This document shows positions 8,750 through 16,041 of a stretch of DNA of 39,699 nt, in pieces. The DNA is taken from the IMG/VR virus record IMGVR_UViG_3300042471_000698; one strand, given 5' to 3'. Made by a program: the position numbers and the translations under genes. Positions within the stretch are counted from its first letter, which is position 1; the number at the start of each line of letters is the position of its first letter. This DNA is from a virus. Below the pieces are notes generated by a model. The model did not search any database. It saw nothing but the letters and a program-made list of their open reading frames with translations, and was not told the DNA's origin.

Positions 8750-9982
8750 TTACCTCAATGCCATGGGCATATATGTGCCGACCAGCTCGACCGGCGGGCG
8801 TTCCCTCACAGCCGTGGCCCTGCGAACGCCCTCGCACGCATAACGCAGCGCGTCAATGACATGGTTATCCTTGTCGGCAAGGACCGGCAGGACTTGGCCG
8901 GTCTTGTCATCGACCTTGTAGGAATAGAGCGTCAGCTCATCGATGGTTCTGACGCAGCGCGGATGGACGACGATATCGAATGACTTGAGCCATTCAACGC
9001 CCTCTTCCAGGCTCTTCGGCCCCTTTACTGCCGGCTGGATCTTTGGGAAGCCGTTTTTCCGCATATGGCTGATGGTTTCCGGCCTGGCGCTGTCTGCGAC
9101 CATTGGCCAGCGCTCGGCGTCTGGGATCGTCATGAACAGGCTCGGCGTGTCCACGATCTCGCAGCCGACCTGATAAGCCTCGTAATCGATATAGAGCTTG
9201 CGCCCTATGATATGGCAGCGAATGCCGACTGTTGGATCGCTCGCGAAGCCCCAGTCCGCGCCAAGGCGGTGAATTGCGTCTGCCGGCGCTTCAAAGTCAT
9301 CAATCTCCCAATTGTGGAAGACCCGCGCCTCGCTGTTTCTGACGTACTCGCCCAGCCAGATATGCGCGTACTTATCCGGGTCGCGCTCGCGGTCATAGAT
9401 CATCTCATCGCGCAACACCTCGGGAAACCACGGGTTATCGGCGAAGTTCACCTCATGCACGATTGCGTCAGGCGGTGGCCGGTCGCCGCGCAGCAGCGTT
9501 TCGATGGGATCATTCTCGAAGCGCGGGTTCCAGCTGAAAAGCAACTCGCTGCCAGGCTTGCGGATCGTCGGGCGCAGCAGATCAAGGGAGCGCTGGCTGG
9601 CAACCTGCGCTTCCTCAAACCACGCAATATCAAAGCCCTCAAGCGACTTGATGCTTTCCGCAGTGTGGTTGGCCAGACCCTCAAAAATGATCAGCGAGCC
9701 GTTCTTGCCAAGAATGCGATCGTGCTGGATCTCGAAATGCGCGCCAAGGCCAAGCGCCTCGATCTTGCTTTCAATCAGCTTCTTGACCGATTGCTTTAGG
9801 CTGCGCTGGATCTCGCGCAGGCAGACCACGTCAGTGCGTGAGCTGGCGCAGCGGATGACGATGTACTGCGCAAATGCGTGCGACTTGCCAGAACCGCGCC
9901 CGCCAAACGCGCCCTTATACCTGCTTGGTTTCAGGAACGGCAGGAACCAGCGTGGTGTCTCAGGCTTTAGGGTCGATGACAT
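8750..9982 (-). CDS. terL: Terminase large subunit (PBSX/Terminase_3-like)
   Basis: Walker A GGRGSGKSHAF near the N-terminus, ~410 aa, adjacent to TerS and portal. Start is ATG 9982, or GTG 10006 as in the track. Confidence 0.85.
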   Translation of the reverse strand: MSSTLKPETPRWFLPFLKPSRYKGAFGGRGSGKSHAFAQYIVIRCASSRTDVVCLREIQRSLKQSVKKLIESKIEALGLGAHFEIQHDRILGKNGSLIIFEGLANHTAESIKSLEGFDIAWFEEAQVASQRSLDLLRPTIRKPGSELLFSWNPRFENDPIETLLRGDRPPPDAIVHEVNFADNPWFPEVLRDEMIYDRERDPDKYAHIWLGEYVRNSEARVFHNWEIDDFEAPADAIHRLGADWGFASDPTVGIRCHIIGRKLYIDYEAYQVGCEIVDTPSLFMTIPDAERWPMVADSARPETISHMRKNGFPKIQPAVKGPKSLEEGVEWLKSFDIVVHPRCVRTIDELTLYSYKVDDKTGQVLPVLADKDNHVIDALRYACEGVRRATAVRERPPVELVGTYMPMALR

Positions 9983-10316
9983 GCCATTCGACCCGTATTG
10001 GCGCACCGTTTACGCCAGACACTTCAAGGCGGTCCGTCTCGCGCCATCCTGCCTGTGTCTTGAGAAAGAAGATCGCGCTGGCCGTGTCGCCGCCGCGAGC
10101 CTTAGCGATCAGGCCTTCGGCCACATCGCGGATGGCTTTTGCCCTGCCTCTTTTATACGCCTCAGAAATATCTGGCTCACGCTCCATCATGGCGCGAAAG
10201 GTATTGCCTGCGAGGCCGAAGTAATCGGCCATCTGCTCTTGCGACAAAACGGACGCAAGCCGTTCAACCTGCGCCCGTTCTTCTTTCGAGAGCGTCTTAG
10301 GCTTTCTGCCTGCCAT
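9960..10316 (-). CDS. terS: Terminase small subunit (HTH type)
   Basis: 118 aa. HTH-like LSQEQMADYFGLAGNTFRAMM and the typical TerS motif SAIFFLKTQAGWRE. The ATG at 10316 overlaps the upstream stop (TGATG). Confidence 0.75.
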   Translation of the reverse strand: MAGRKPKTLSKEERAQVERLASVLSQEQMADYFGLAGNTFRAMMEREPDISEAYKRGRAKAIRDVAEGLIAKARGGDTASAIFFLKTQAGWRETDRLEVSGVNGAPIRVEWHVIDPKA

Positions 10317-10570
10317 CAACGTTTACTCTTCGCACCGCTACACTTCCACCGTTTCCGACTCAAGTTCAGTGGGCTATTCGGATCCGCCGCCGCCTTCGCG
10401 CTCCGCTTCTTCTGGCCAAGACTACGAGCACAATAAGCATCGCCCTTGGCAGTCCCAGGCTTTACGCGCGGCCCGCCGCCCTTCGCCTGCCCCGCCTGAC
10501 CATAGCTGACGCGCTTGCCGGTCGCTGTGACCTTAACGCGCGCCTTTCCTTTGGCAGGCTTGGCAGCCAT
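10316..10570 (-). CDS. Small basic protein, 84 aa
   Basis: Track ORF 10316..10696 begins at a TTG. The ATG at 10570 lies 1 nt after the stop of the hidden ORF 10572..10724. Product MAAKPAKGKARVKV...AYCARSLGQKKR...DPNSPLNLSRKRWKC. Confidence 0.6.
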   Translation of the reverse strand: MAAKPAKGKARVKVTATGKRVSYGQAGQAKGGGPRVKPGTAKGDAYCARSLGQKKRSAKAAADPNSPLNLSRKRWKCSGAKSKR

Positions 10571-10571
10571 C

Positions 10572-10724
10572 TCACTTCTTCTTCTTCGCCGTCTTGGCGC
10601 TGGCTCGGAAGGCTTTCGCAGTCGGCGCGCCCTTGCTTCCAGGCTTCCGCATGCTCTCGCCGGATCCGGCTTTGATCCGCTTTTTCTTGGCGGCAATGTT
10701 TGCGTAAAGGCCTTTACTGGGCAT
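10572..10724 (-). CDS. Small lysine-rich protein, 50 aa (not in ORF track)
   Basis: Hand translation gives MPSKGLYANIAAKKKRIKAGSGESMRKPGSKGAPTAKAFRASAKTAKKKK. The ATG at 10724 overlaps the stop of 10714..11007. Resembles a recurrent small phage protein (from memory). Confidence 0.65.
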   Translation of the reverse strand: MPSKGLYANIAAKKKRIKAGSGESMRKPGSKGAPTAKAFRASAKTAKKKK

Positions 10725-11007
10725 CGTTAAGCCACCCCTGCATCTCAGCGCTCACCGCATCAGCTCGCTGCGCCACGGCTGCTCCTGTGATGGCAGACGC
10801 ATCGCTCTGCGCGTCTATGGCCGCGTAGAAAGCCAGCAGCACCATGCTGGCGAGCAGGGTCGAGGCGACGCCAATGGCGACGCCCCAAGCTTTCCCGCGC
10901 CGGAAAGACGCGAGCTTTTCCGCACCCACAATGTGGGCTTGTTCGCGCGAAAACAGGGGCGCTTCGGCGGGCGCTTCCTTGCGCGGGATCTGGACAACCC
11001 GCGCCAT
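10714..11007 (-). CDS. Small membrane protein (1 TM)
   Basis: Track ORF, 97 aa. TM segment WGVAIGVASTLLASMVLLAFYAAI. TAATG overlap with the upstream gene. Confidence 0.65.
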   Translation of the reverse strand: MARVVQIPRKEAPAEAPLFSREQAHIVGAEKLASFRRGKAWGVAIGVASTLLASMVLLAFYAAIDAQSDASAITGAAVAQRADAVSAEMQGWLNDAQ

Positions 11008-11501
11008 TAGCGCACCTCCTCAAGGACAGCCACGGGCGCGTCCGCCAGCGTGGCGTCCTCTGCCGGGACCGACGAGAGCAAGTCGCCGGTCTCCGGCTCG
11101 GGCTCAGTAGTGGTATCCCCGCCGCGGATGTCGGGCAAGGAGGAGGCCACGGGAGACGCAACGGCGTCTGACGCGGCGGGGATTTCGTCGGCCCCTTCGA
11201 GGGCGGCTAGGCGGGCTAGGATGCCGTCGATTAAACGGTTGTTCACATTCGTCGCAAGCGTGAGGTTCTCGCAGCGCTCCAGCGCCTCCTCTACACGATC
11301 GTGCAGCTGGTTCAGCGACTGCACCAGCGAGTCAACGCGCCGCGCGCTCTCATTGAGCGCAGCCAGTCGCTGCCCCTGCTCAGTCTCCAGCGCGGCTTGC
11401 AGCTCACGCTGCTCACCGCGCAGCACGGCTGCGTCGTGACGCGCCGCGTCGATGCGGCTTGCCAGCTCGCGTACTGAGGGGGGTTTCGTCGAATTCCACA
11501 T
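11007..11501 (-). CDS. Coiled-coil protein with acidic C-terminus
   Basis: Track ORF 11007..11636 trimmed to the ATG at 11501, which has SD GGTGGAG. The ATG at 11558 is an alternative start. Confidence 0.6.
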   Translation of the reverse strand: MWNSTKPPSVRELASRIDAARHDAAVLRGEQRELQAALETEQGQRLAALNESARRVDSLVQSLNQLHDRVEEALERCENLTLATNVNNRLIDGILARLAALEGADEIPAASDAVASPVASSLPDIRGGDTTTEPEPETGDLLSSVPAEDATLADAPVAVLEEVR

Positions 11502-11559
11502 CGGTTCTTGCTCCACCGGGTTTGATATCCGCGCACCATGCGCTGCGTCTCGGACCATG

Positions 11560-11982
11560 TCAAGAATGGATGAAAAGACCCCTAACGGCCTCAAGTTTAT
11601 CCGCTGCGATCCAATACCCCACGCGGTTACGGACACAGATCGCGTCTCTGAGGCCCTGCGCGCGCAGGTAGGATCGCACCTTGCTCACGACGGCCCTGAC
11701 GAGGCCATCCTGCTCTTTCGACCGCGATCCGATTAGCATCTCCAGCATCTCGGCTATCTGCCACCACGTATGAGCGCGCCCGTCGCACAGGATCGCCAGA
11801 ACGGTCGCTTGCAAGTGCGTCAAGCCAGGCGCGCACGCGCGGCGAAGGTCGATCGTGTGCGCTGGTCGGGTTAGCTCCAGTTCCACGATCCGGGCATGGG
11901 CCTCGTCAAGGGCGGCCTTGGCGTCGGCCAGATCGCGGCGCAGCGCCTCAACCTCGGCATCGGCTAGTCGCGCGTGGCCCAC
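11560..11982 (-). CDS. DNA-binding protein with C-terminal OmpR/PhoB-type winged helix
   Basis: Start trimmed to the GTG at 11982, preceded by AGGAGGAGAG. N-terminal coiled coil, then LQATVLAILCDGRAHTWWQIAEML...VSKVRSYLRAQGLRDAICVRNRVGYWI (pattern of the trans_reg_C wing). Confidence 0.6.
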   Translation of the reverse strand: MGHARLADAEVEALRRDLADAKAALDEAHARIVELELTRPAHTIDLRRACAPGLTHLQATVLAILCDGRAHTWWQIAEMLEMLIGSRSKEQDGLVRAVVSKVRSYLRAQGLRDAICVRNRVGYWIAADKLEAVRGLFIHS

Positions 11983-12353
11983 CTCTCCTCCTGGCTTCTT
12001 GGCTCTCTCGGGCCAGCTTCGTCCCGCCGCATGATTTGCGCGACCCGCAATTCGACCGCGCGCCATGCCAGTCTGTCAATCGCGCGGCCTCGCGCCACGA
12101 TCAGCGGATCGCGCAGACACCGTGTCAGCACGACCCTACATCCGTGCATCACCGTCGTGTGATCGCGACCAAACGCACGCGCGACCTGTGGATAACTCGC
12201 TCCCGTGCGGTATTTGGCGAGCCAGTACGCCAGATGTCGCGCCTCTGCCAGGCGCTGATCCCGGCGTGGTCCGACCAGATTTGCGTACGTGTAACCGTAG
12301 ATCAGACCTGTCGCGTCGATGTAGTCTCGGATTGAGGGGCGATCACTCCGCAT
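11964..12353 (-). CDS. Stand-alone DnaA domain IV (DnaA-box binding HTH) protein, 129 aa
   Basis: RLAEARHLAYWLAKYRTGASYPQVARAFGRDHTTVMHGCRVV aligns with E. coli DnaA [42 protein letters not shown]. Start trimmed to the ATG at 12353. No AAA+ domain present. Confidence 0.8.
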   Translation of the reverse strand: MRSDRPSIRDYIDATGLIYGYTYANLVGPRRDQRLAEARHLAYWLAKYRTGASYPQVARAFGRDHTTVMHGCRVVLTRCLRDPLIVARGRAIDRLAWRAVELRVAQIMRRDEAGPREPRSQEERWATRD

Positions 12354-13053
12354 CGGTTTTTCTTCCCTCGTAGGTTTGAGCGATGGTCTCCAGCGCGCGG
12401 CGCTTATTGTCGTCCACCTCGGACACCGCTCGGTCACGCGCGTTTTTCGCGAGACGGTCGAGATCAGCACGGCCTGCCTGCATAGCTGAAAACCGCCCAC
12501 GCATCGCAGCGCGCGCGCGCCGTTGCTGCGCCGCATCACTTTCCGGCGGCTCGAGCAGAACATCAATCTGAGCCATCAGATCGGCCAGCTCGCGTTTGGT
12601 GATCCGCGCCCCGGCCGGGCGCACACGCGTCTGCGCCGTCTCTGGCAACACGGTCGCCTGCGCCTCTTCGGCCGGTATCTGGTGCTCCGGGCCATACATG
12701 CGCCCGACCGCCTTGCTCATGCGCTCGATGTCCCGCGCCCGTGTCTCCGCCTCCTCCAGCAACTCGGCCAGCGTCGGGCGCCATTTGCCCTGAGCCGTGC
12801 GCGGCCACTCCCGCACGGCCTCAAGGGCCGCCTCGCCAGGATAGTCCCTGAGAGCCTCACAGATGGTCTGGAGCGCGGCTCCCGTCTCGACGCTGTCGTG
12901 ATCTGGTCGGCGCGCCGTGACCGCCCAGAGGCGTCCCAGAGCCTCGAGAAGGGCGCTCAGCGGAGCGGGGGCAATGGCGGCATCAACGCGCGCCCTCAGA
13001 TCACGCCAGTCCGCCTCAGTGATCGGGGTCTGGAGGACATACGCCGTCGTCAC
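12343..13053 (-). CDS. Replication-module protein (possible helicase-loader-like), start uncertain
   Basis: Track ORF 12343..13176 begins at a GTG and overlaps the upstream gene by 160 nt. An in-frame GTG at 13053 with GAGGGG upstream is the shorter option. The motif AVREWPRTAQGKWRPTLAELLEEAE is faintly like G39P-type loader motifs. Confidence 0.45.
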   Translation of the reverse strand: MTTAYVLQTPITEADWRDLRARVDAAIAPAPLSALLEALGRLWAVTARRPDHDSVETGAALQTICEALRDYPGEAALEAVREWPRTAQGKWRPTLAELLEEAETRARDIERMSKAVGRMYGPEHQIPAEEAQATVLPETAQTRVRPAGARITKRELADLMAQIDVLLEPPESDAAQQRRARAAMRGRFSAMQAGRADLDRLAKNARDRAVSEVDDNKRRALETIAQTYEGRKTDAE

Positions 13054-13873
13054 GTAGGTCAACCCCTCGGGACGATAAAGCCTCTCTTCGACGCGCCTCA
13101 GCGGCAAGGGCAAACGCGATAGCGGTTGGGCTTTGAGGCCTGCGGGCAGGCGTGATGGCGACGACGGAAGGTCCACTGGTATTCTCCATTGCAGGTTGAA
13201 TAGGATTTGGCGGGGCTATCCTGCGCGCCGTCGCCTCGCGGACAGCGTCGCGGAAATAGGCCCATGACTTCACCGGCGCGCGCAAGCGCTGCTCGCAAAT
13301 CGCGCGGATGGTCGGGATGATGTCCAGGCGCAGGTCAGCGCCGTCGCGCACCCAGTGATCCACCTCAATCCCGCCAGTGACGATCGCCAGCGTCCTTGAG
13401 GGGTCAAGGAGCGGGCTGTTCACCTCCTCAACGACCTTCTGCCATGCCGGGGTCTCGCGCGCGTAAGCATCAGCAGTAGTAGTGTATAGTTTAGTGTCAT
13501 TTATAGGGGCCGCGCGCAGTGCGGCTCCCCCCTCCGCAGCCGTGCGGCCCCCGGGGGCCGCAGCCGTGCGGCTCCCCCCCTCCCCGGATGGGGCCGCAGC
13601 CGTGCGGCCCCCGGCCAGCACGTAGCGGTTGACCCGCTGCGCTCCAGACGTGTGTGATTGCGTCTGCACATCGACCAGACCAGCGCGGCGCAACAGCGCT
13701 ACCTTGCGGTCGATCGTGTCCGTAGAGCATCCCATGCGCTTCGCGAGCCAGTTGCGCGACGGAAAACACTCGCCGTCCTGATCAGCCAAATTCGCAAGCT
13801 GGATCAGCAGCAGGTGCGCCGTCGCGTCTATGCCAGTCAGACCAAGCGCCCAGTGTATCGCCCCGACGCTCAT
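13016..13873 (-). CDS. Replication initiator-like protein (N-terminal winged HTH, repeat-bearing linker, C-terminal domain)
   Basis: N-terminus AIHWALGLTGIDATAHLLLIQLANLADQDGECFPSRNWLAKRMGCSTDTIDRKVALLRRAGLV is typical of HTH_36-type phage replication proteins. The linker GGRTAAAPSGEGGSRTAAAPGGRTAAEGG is encoded by the iteron cluster. Confidence 0.7.
   Translation of the reverse strand: MSVGAIHWALGLTGIDATAHLLLIQLANLADQDGECFPSRNWLAKRMGCSTDTIDRKVALLRRAGLVDVQTQSHTSGAQRVNRYVLAGGRTAAAPSGEGGSRTAAAPGGRTAAEGGAALRAAPINDTKLYTTTADAYARETPAWQKVVEEVNSPLLDPSRTLAIVTGGIEVDHWVRDGADLRLDIIPTIRAICEQRLRAPVKSWAYFRDAVREATARRIAPPNPIQPAMENTSGPSVVAITPARRPQSPTAIAFALAAEARRREALSSRGVDLRDDGVCPPDPDH
13506..13615. repeat. 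Iteron-like cluster: 3-4 copies of the palindromic unit GGGGCCGCA-GCCG-TGCGGCCCC inside the replication gene
   Basis: Core GCAGCCGTGCGGC at 13536, 13560 and 13596, plus degenerate GCAGTGCGGC at 13516. Each unit is itself an inverted repeat (GCCGCA/TGCGGC). An AT-rich patch at 13474-13505 flanks the cluster. Confidence 0.7.
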
Positions 13874-14112
13874 CTGATCACCCTCAGGTTATTCAGCGCC
13901 CACAGAAGCGTAGGCGAGCGCCCCGGCATGGGCTTGCGTCTCTTTCGCGATGCGATGCCGGCGCGGGCCAGCTCGGTCAGCGCCTCGCGCGCTTGCACGT
14001 CGGTGCACCCAAGCACTCGCGCTACCTGCCGCTCGTCCTGCGCGCCCTGCGACAGTTGTCGCCACGCGCGCCGCGCCAGGTCACTCAGTTGGATCGCGTT
14101 GGTCATCAGCAC
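13870..14112 (-). CDS. Small winged-helix/HTH-like protein
   Basis: Track ORF, 80 aa. ERQVARVLGCTDVQAREALTELARAGI is HTH-like. ATGA overlap with the downstream replication gene. Confidence 0.55.
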   Translation of the reverse strand: MLMTNAIQLSDLARRAWRQLSQGAQDERQVARVLGCTDVQAREALTELARAGIASRKRRKPMPGRSPTLLWALNNLRVIR

Positions 14113-14257
14113 GTCGCCTCCATGCGGCTAGCTCCGCTTCACGGCGCTGTTGCACCAGCGCGGCCAGATATTGCGCGTCCAGACCTGACCTGCGCGCCAC
14201 CTCGTCAAGCGGCATGCCCTGCGCCAGACGCTGCAGGGCCAGCTGCAGACGCGTCAC
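14081..14257 (-). CDS. Possible small HTH protein, 58 aa (not in ORF track)
   Basis: The GTG at 14257 overlaps the upstream stop (GTGA). Product VTRLQLALQRLAQGMPLDEVARRSGLDAQYLAALVQQRRE.... Overlaps the next gene by 32 nt. Weak support. Confidence 0.35.
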   Translation of the reverse strand: MTRLQLALQRLAQGMPLDEVARRSGLDAQYLAALVQQRREAELAAWRRRADDQRDPTE

Positions 14258-14457
14258 TTAGCGTCGTGCGCCGCGTAAGCCCGCACCAGTAGCCTATGCG
14301 GGATGCCGGTGACCTTCTCGACGCGCAGGGCTGTCGGAAGAGACACATAATGACCCTGGTCCAGGAGCCAGCTTAGGCTGGTCGATATCCCAAGCGCCTC
14401 TCCCGCCTGCCGCAAATTGTACCCCTTTGCTTTTCTCCACGCGCGCCATGGCGACAT
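14254..14457 (-). CDS. Cro/XRE-like HTH regulator, first gene of the leftward block
   Basis: 67 aa. YNLRQAGEALGISTSLSWLLDQG is HTH-like. SD GGAGAG 7 nt upstream of the ATG at 14457. Divergent from the rightward block. Confidence 0.65.
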   Translation of the reverse strand: MSPWRAWRKAKGYNLRQAGEALGISTSLSWLLDQGHYVSLPTALRVEKVTGIPHRLLVRAYAAHDAK

Positions 14458-14481
14458 TTTGCACTCTCCGTGTAAAACCCC

Positions 14482-14514
14482 TTGACAGTCTTAAAGGCCG
14501 TGTGGAAAGTGTCA
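14482..14514. promoter_or_regulatory. Overlapping divergent promoter pair: inverted TTGACA ... TGTCAA hexamers
   Basis: TTGACA at 14482-14487 with 17 nt to GAAAGT (rightward). On the minus strand, TTGACA at 14514-14509 with 16-17 nt to TAAGAC (leftward). Both -35 boxes are perfect and both -10 boxes are weak. Each predicted start site lies upstream of the SD of the first gene on its side. Confidence 0.35.
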
Positions 14515-14530
14515 ACCCATGGAGGCACAC

Positions 14531-14719
14531 ATGGACATTCAGGACACAATTAGCCGGCGCGTGCAGCGCCTAAAAACATTGCGGCGGTACGCGCAGGCGC
14601 GCCAAGCCGCACGACATTTGCAATTGCTGGAGCCGCGCTGCCCCGGCTGCGACGGCTCTGGGATCGTCGTGCACCGCGTAGGCGACGACGAATATTGGCA
14701 GGTCTGCCGTCATGGCTGA
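14531..14719 (+). CDS. Small zinc-finger protein with a DnaJ-type CxxCxGxG motif
   Basis: Track ORF 14519..14719 trimmed to the ATG at 14531, which has GGAGG 5 nt upstream. Contains CPGCDGSG plus a downstream Cys/His (VCRHG). Confidence 0.6.
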   Translation: MDIQDTISRRVQRLKTLRRYAQARQAARHLQLLEPRCPGCDGSGIVVHRVGDDEYWQVCRHG

Positions 14720-15023
14720 CCACGAATGTCTCCTCGGCGGCATCCCAGTGCCGCAGTTGCTATTTGAGCGCCACGCGCTTCGGAGCGGCCACCCTGCGCT
14801 CATCGCGCAGTGCAGATATGTGGTGCAACAGGTATGGCTTGCAGGCCAGCGCGGTGACGCGCCGATGCCCAGCCATGCAGAACAGCTCGCTGCAGCACGG
14901 CGCGACCTCGCGCACTGGCAAGCCCTTGCAGACAACCCTTACTGGATCGATGACGCCCCGCATTTTATCGAAACCGCGCACGAACGAGTAGCTCAACTGG
15001 AAGTGAACAATGACCAAACATGA
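14712..15023 (+). CDS. Hypothetical early protein
   Basis: Track ORF, 103 aa. Overlaps both neighbours by a few nt, consistent with coupling. Confidence 0.6.
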   Translation: MADHECLLGGIPVPQLLFERHALRSGHPALIAQCRYVVQQVWLAGQRGDAPMPSHAEQLAAARRDLAHWQALADNPYWIDDAPHFIETAHERVAQLEVNNDQT

Positions 15024-15627
15024 CACTCTGACCGACGCCCTCGCCGCAGCGCAGGGCGCTATGCCGACCGTGCCAAAAGACCGGATAGCTAAGATCGGCC
15101 CAGGCCGCGAGTACCGCTACGCCGATTTGGCCACGGTACTCGCAGCCGTGCGGCCAGTCCTAAGCGCGCACGGTCTGGCGCTGACGCAGCGCACCACCAT
15201 CAGCGACGGCGCGCTCGTGCTCGTCACTGAGATCAGACACGGGTCCGGCGAGGTGATCGACAGCCATTACCCCGTGGCCCCGCTTGGCGGGCGTCATCAA
15301 GAGATGGGCGGCGCTCTTACATACGCACGCCGGTATGCTCTGTGCAGCCTGCTCGGCATCGCAGCCGACGAAGACGACGACGGCGCAACTGCGGCAGAAA
15401 CGCCGCAAGTCAAAATACAACCGGCAAAACCGGCAAAACCGGCGCCGATCAACCTCAAAGAGCGCGGGCAAAAAGCCATTGAGGCGCTTGACGCCGCAAC
15501 GCCCGACAAGCTCCCTGTGCTGCTGCAACGCGCAGAAGCGCTGTGGCACGAAATGATTGACGACGGCATGGCCAGCAGCGCGGCGTTGCTGAAGCAGGCC
15601 ATGCAAGACGCTGGGGCGCGCGCGTGA
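15010..15627 (+). CDS. erf: ERF-family single-strand annealing recombinase
   Basis: REYRYADLATVLAAVRPVLSAHGLALTQ and ALTYARRYALCSLLGIAADEDDDG match the ERF superfamily signature, as in P22 Erf. Confidence 0.85.
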   Translation: MTKHDTLTDALAAAQGAMPTVPKDRIAKIGPGREYRYADLATVLAAVRPVLSAHGLALTQRTTISDGALVLVTEIRHGSGEVIDSHYPVAPLGGRHQEMGGALTYARRYALCSLLGIAADEDDDGATAAETPQVKIQPAKPAKPAPINLKERGQKAIEALDAATPDKLPVLLQRAEALWHEMIDDGMASSAALLKQAMQDAGARA

Positions 15628-16019
15628 TCGAGCTACTGCTCGCCCCCGCGCCTCGCTCGGACGGGCCGTGTCTGACCGCATGGCTACCGGAGGACCGCGA
15701 GGCCCTTCGCACCATGCGGCCAGAGCCGGCGGTGTGGAGGCGTCAGCCCAAGCAGCGCAGCCTGCCGCAGCACCGCATGTTCTGGGCATGGGCGCAGACT
15801 GTCGCGGACAATACGGACGGCCTTGACCGGCAGGCTGCGGCTGACCTGCTCAAGATCATCGCAGGTCATGTCACGACCGTAGGCCTGCCCAGTGGCGACG
15901 TGCTGCGCGTGCCGCGCAGCATCAGCTTCAGCGCCATGAGCCAGGACGAGGCGAATGATTTCATCGCCGCGGTGCAACGCGCGGCGGCAATGACACTTGG
16001 AATAGATTTGTGTGCGTAA
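15624..16019 (+). CDS. NinB/Orf-like recombination mediator (tentative)
   Basis: QRSLPQHRMFWAWAQTVA ... SISFSAMSQDEANDFIAAVQRAAA parallels lambda NinB NRSLDQNRKLWACLGDVS ... STSRMRVGEFAELLELIQAFG. GTGA overlap with erf. Confidence 0.5.
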   Translation: MIELLLAPAPRSDGPCLTAWLPEDREALRTMRPEPAVWRRQPKQRSLPQHRMFWAWAQTVADNTDGLDRQAAADLLKIIAGHVTTVGLPSGDVLRVPRSISFSAMSQDEANDFIAAVQRAAAMTLGIDLCA

Positions 16020-16041
16020 CTATCAACAAAAGGAGGACCAC

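Noticed and set aside
6690-8837. N-terminal extensions in the track ORFs (portal to 8837, 777..1544, 11964..12566, 11560..12066, 11007..11636, 19778..20569, 21334..22332, 34099..35775)
   Set aside because: The extensions overlap the preceding gene by 30-300 nt and have biased Arg/Pro-rich content. Each contains an internal start that abuts or minimally overlaps the upstream stop, often with a clear SD.
13356-13364. A DnaA-box-like TGATCCACC near the iterons
   Set aside because: It matches the TTATCCACA consensus at only 7/9 positions, or a TGATCCACA variant at 8/9. A single imperfect match is too weak to claim, so I mention only the perfect box at 12187-12195.
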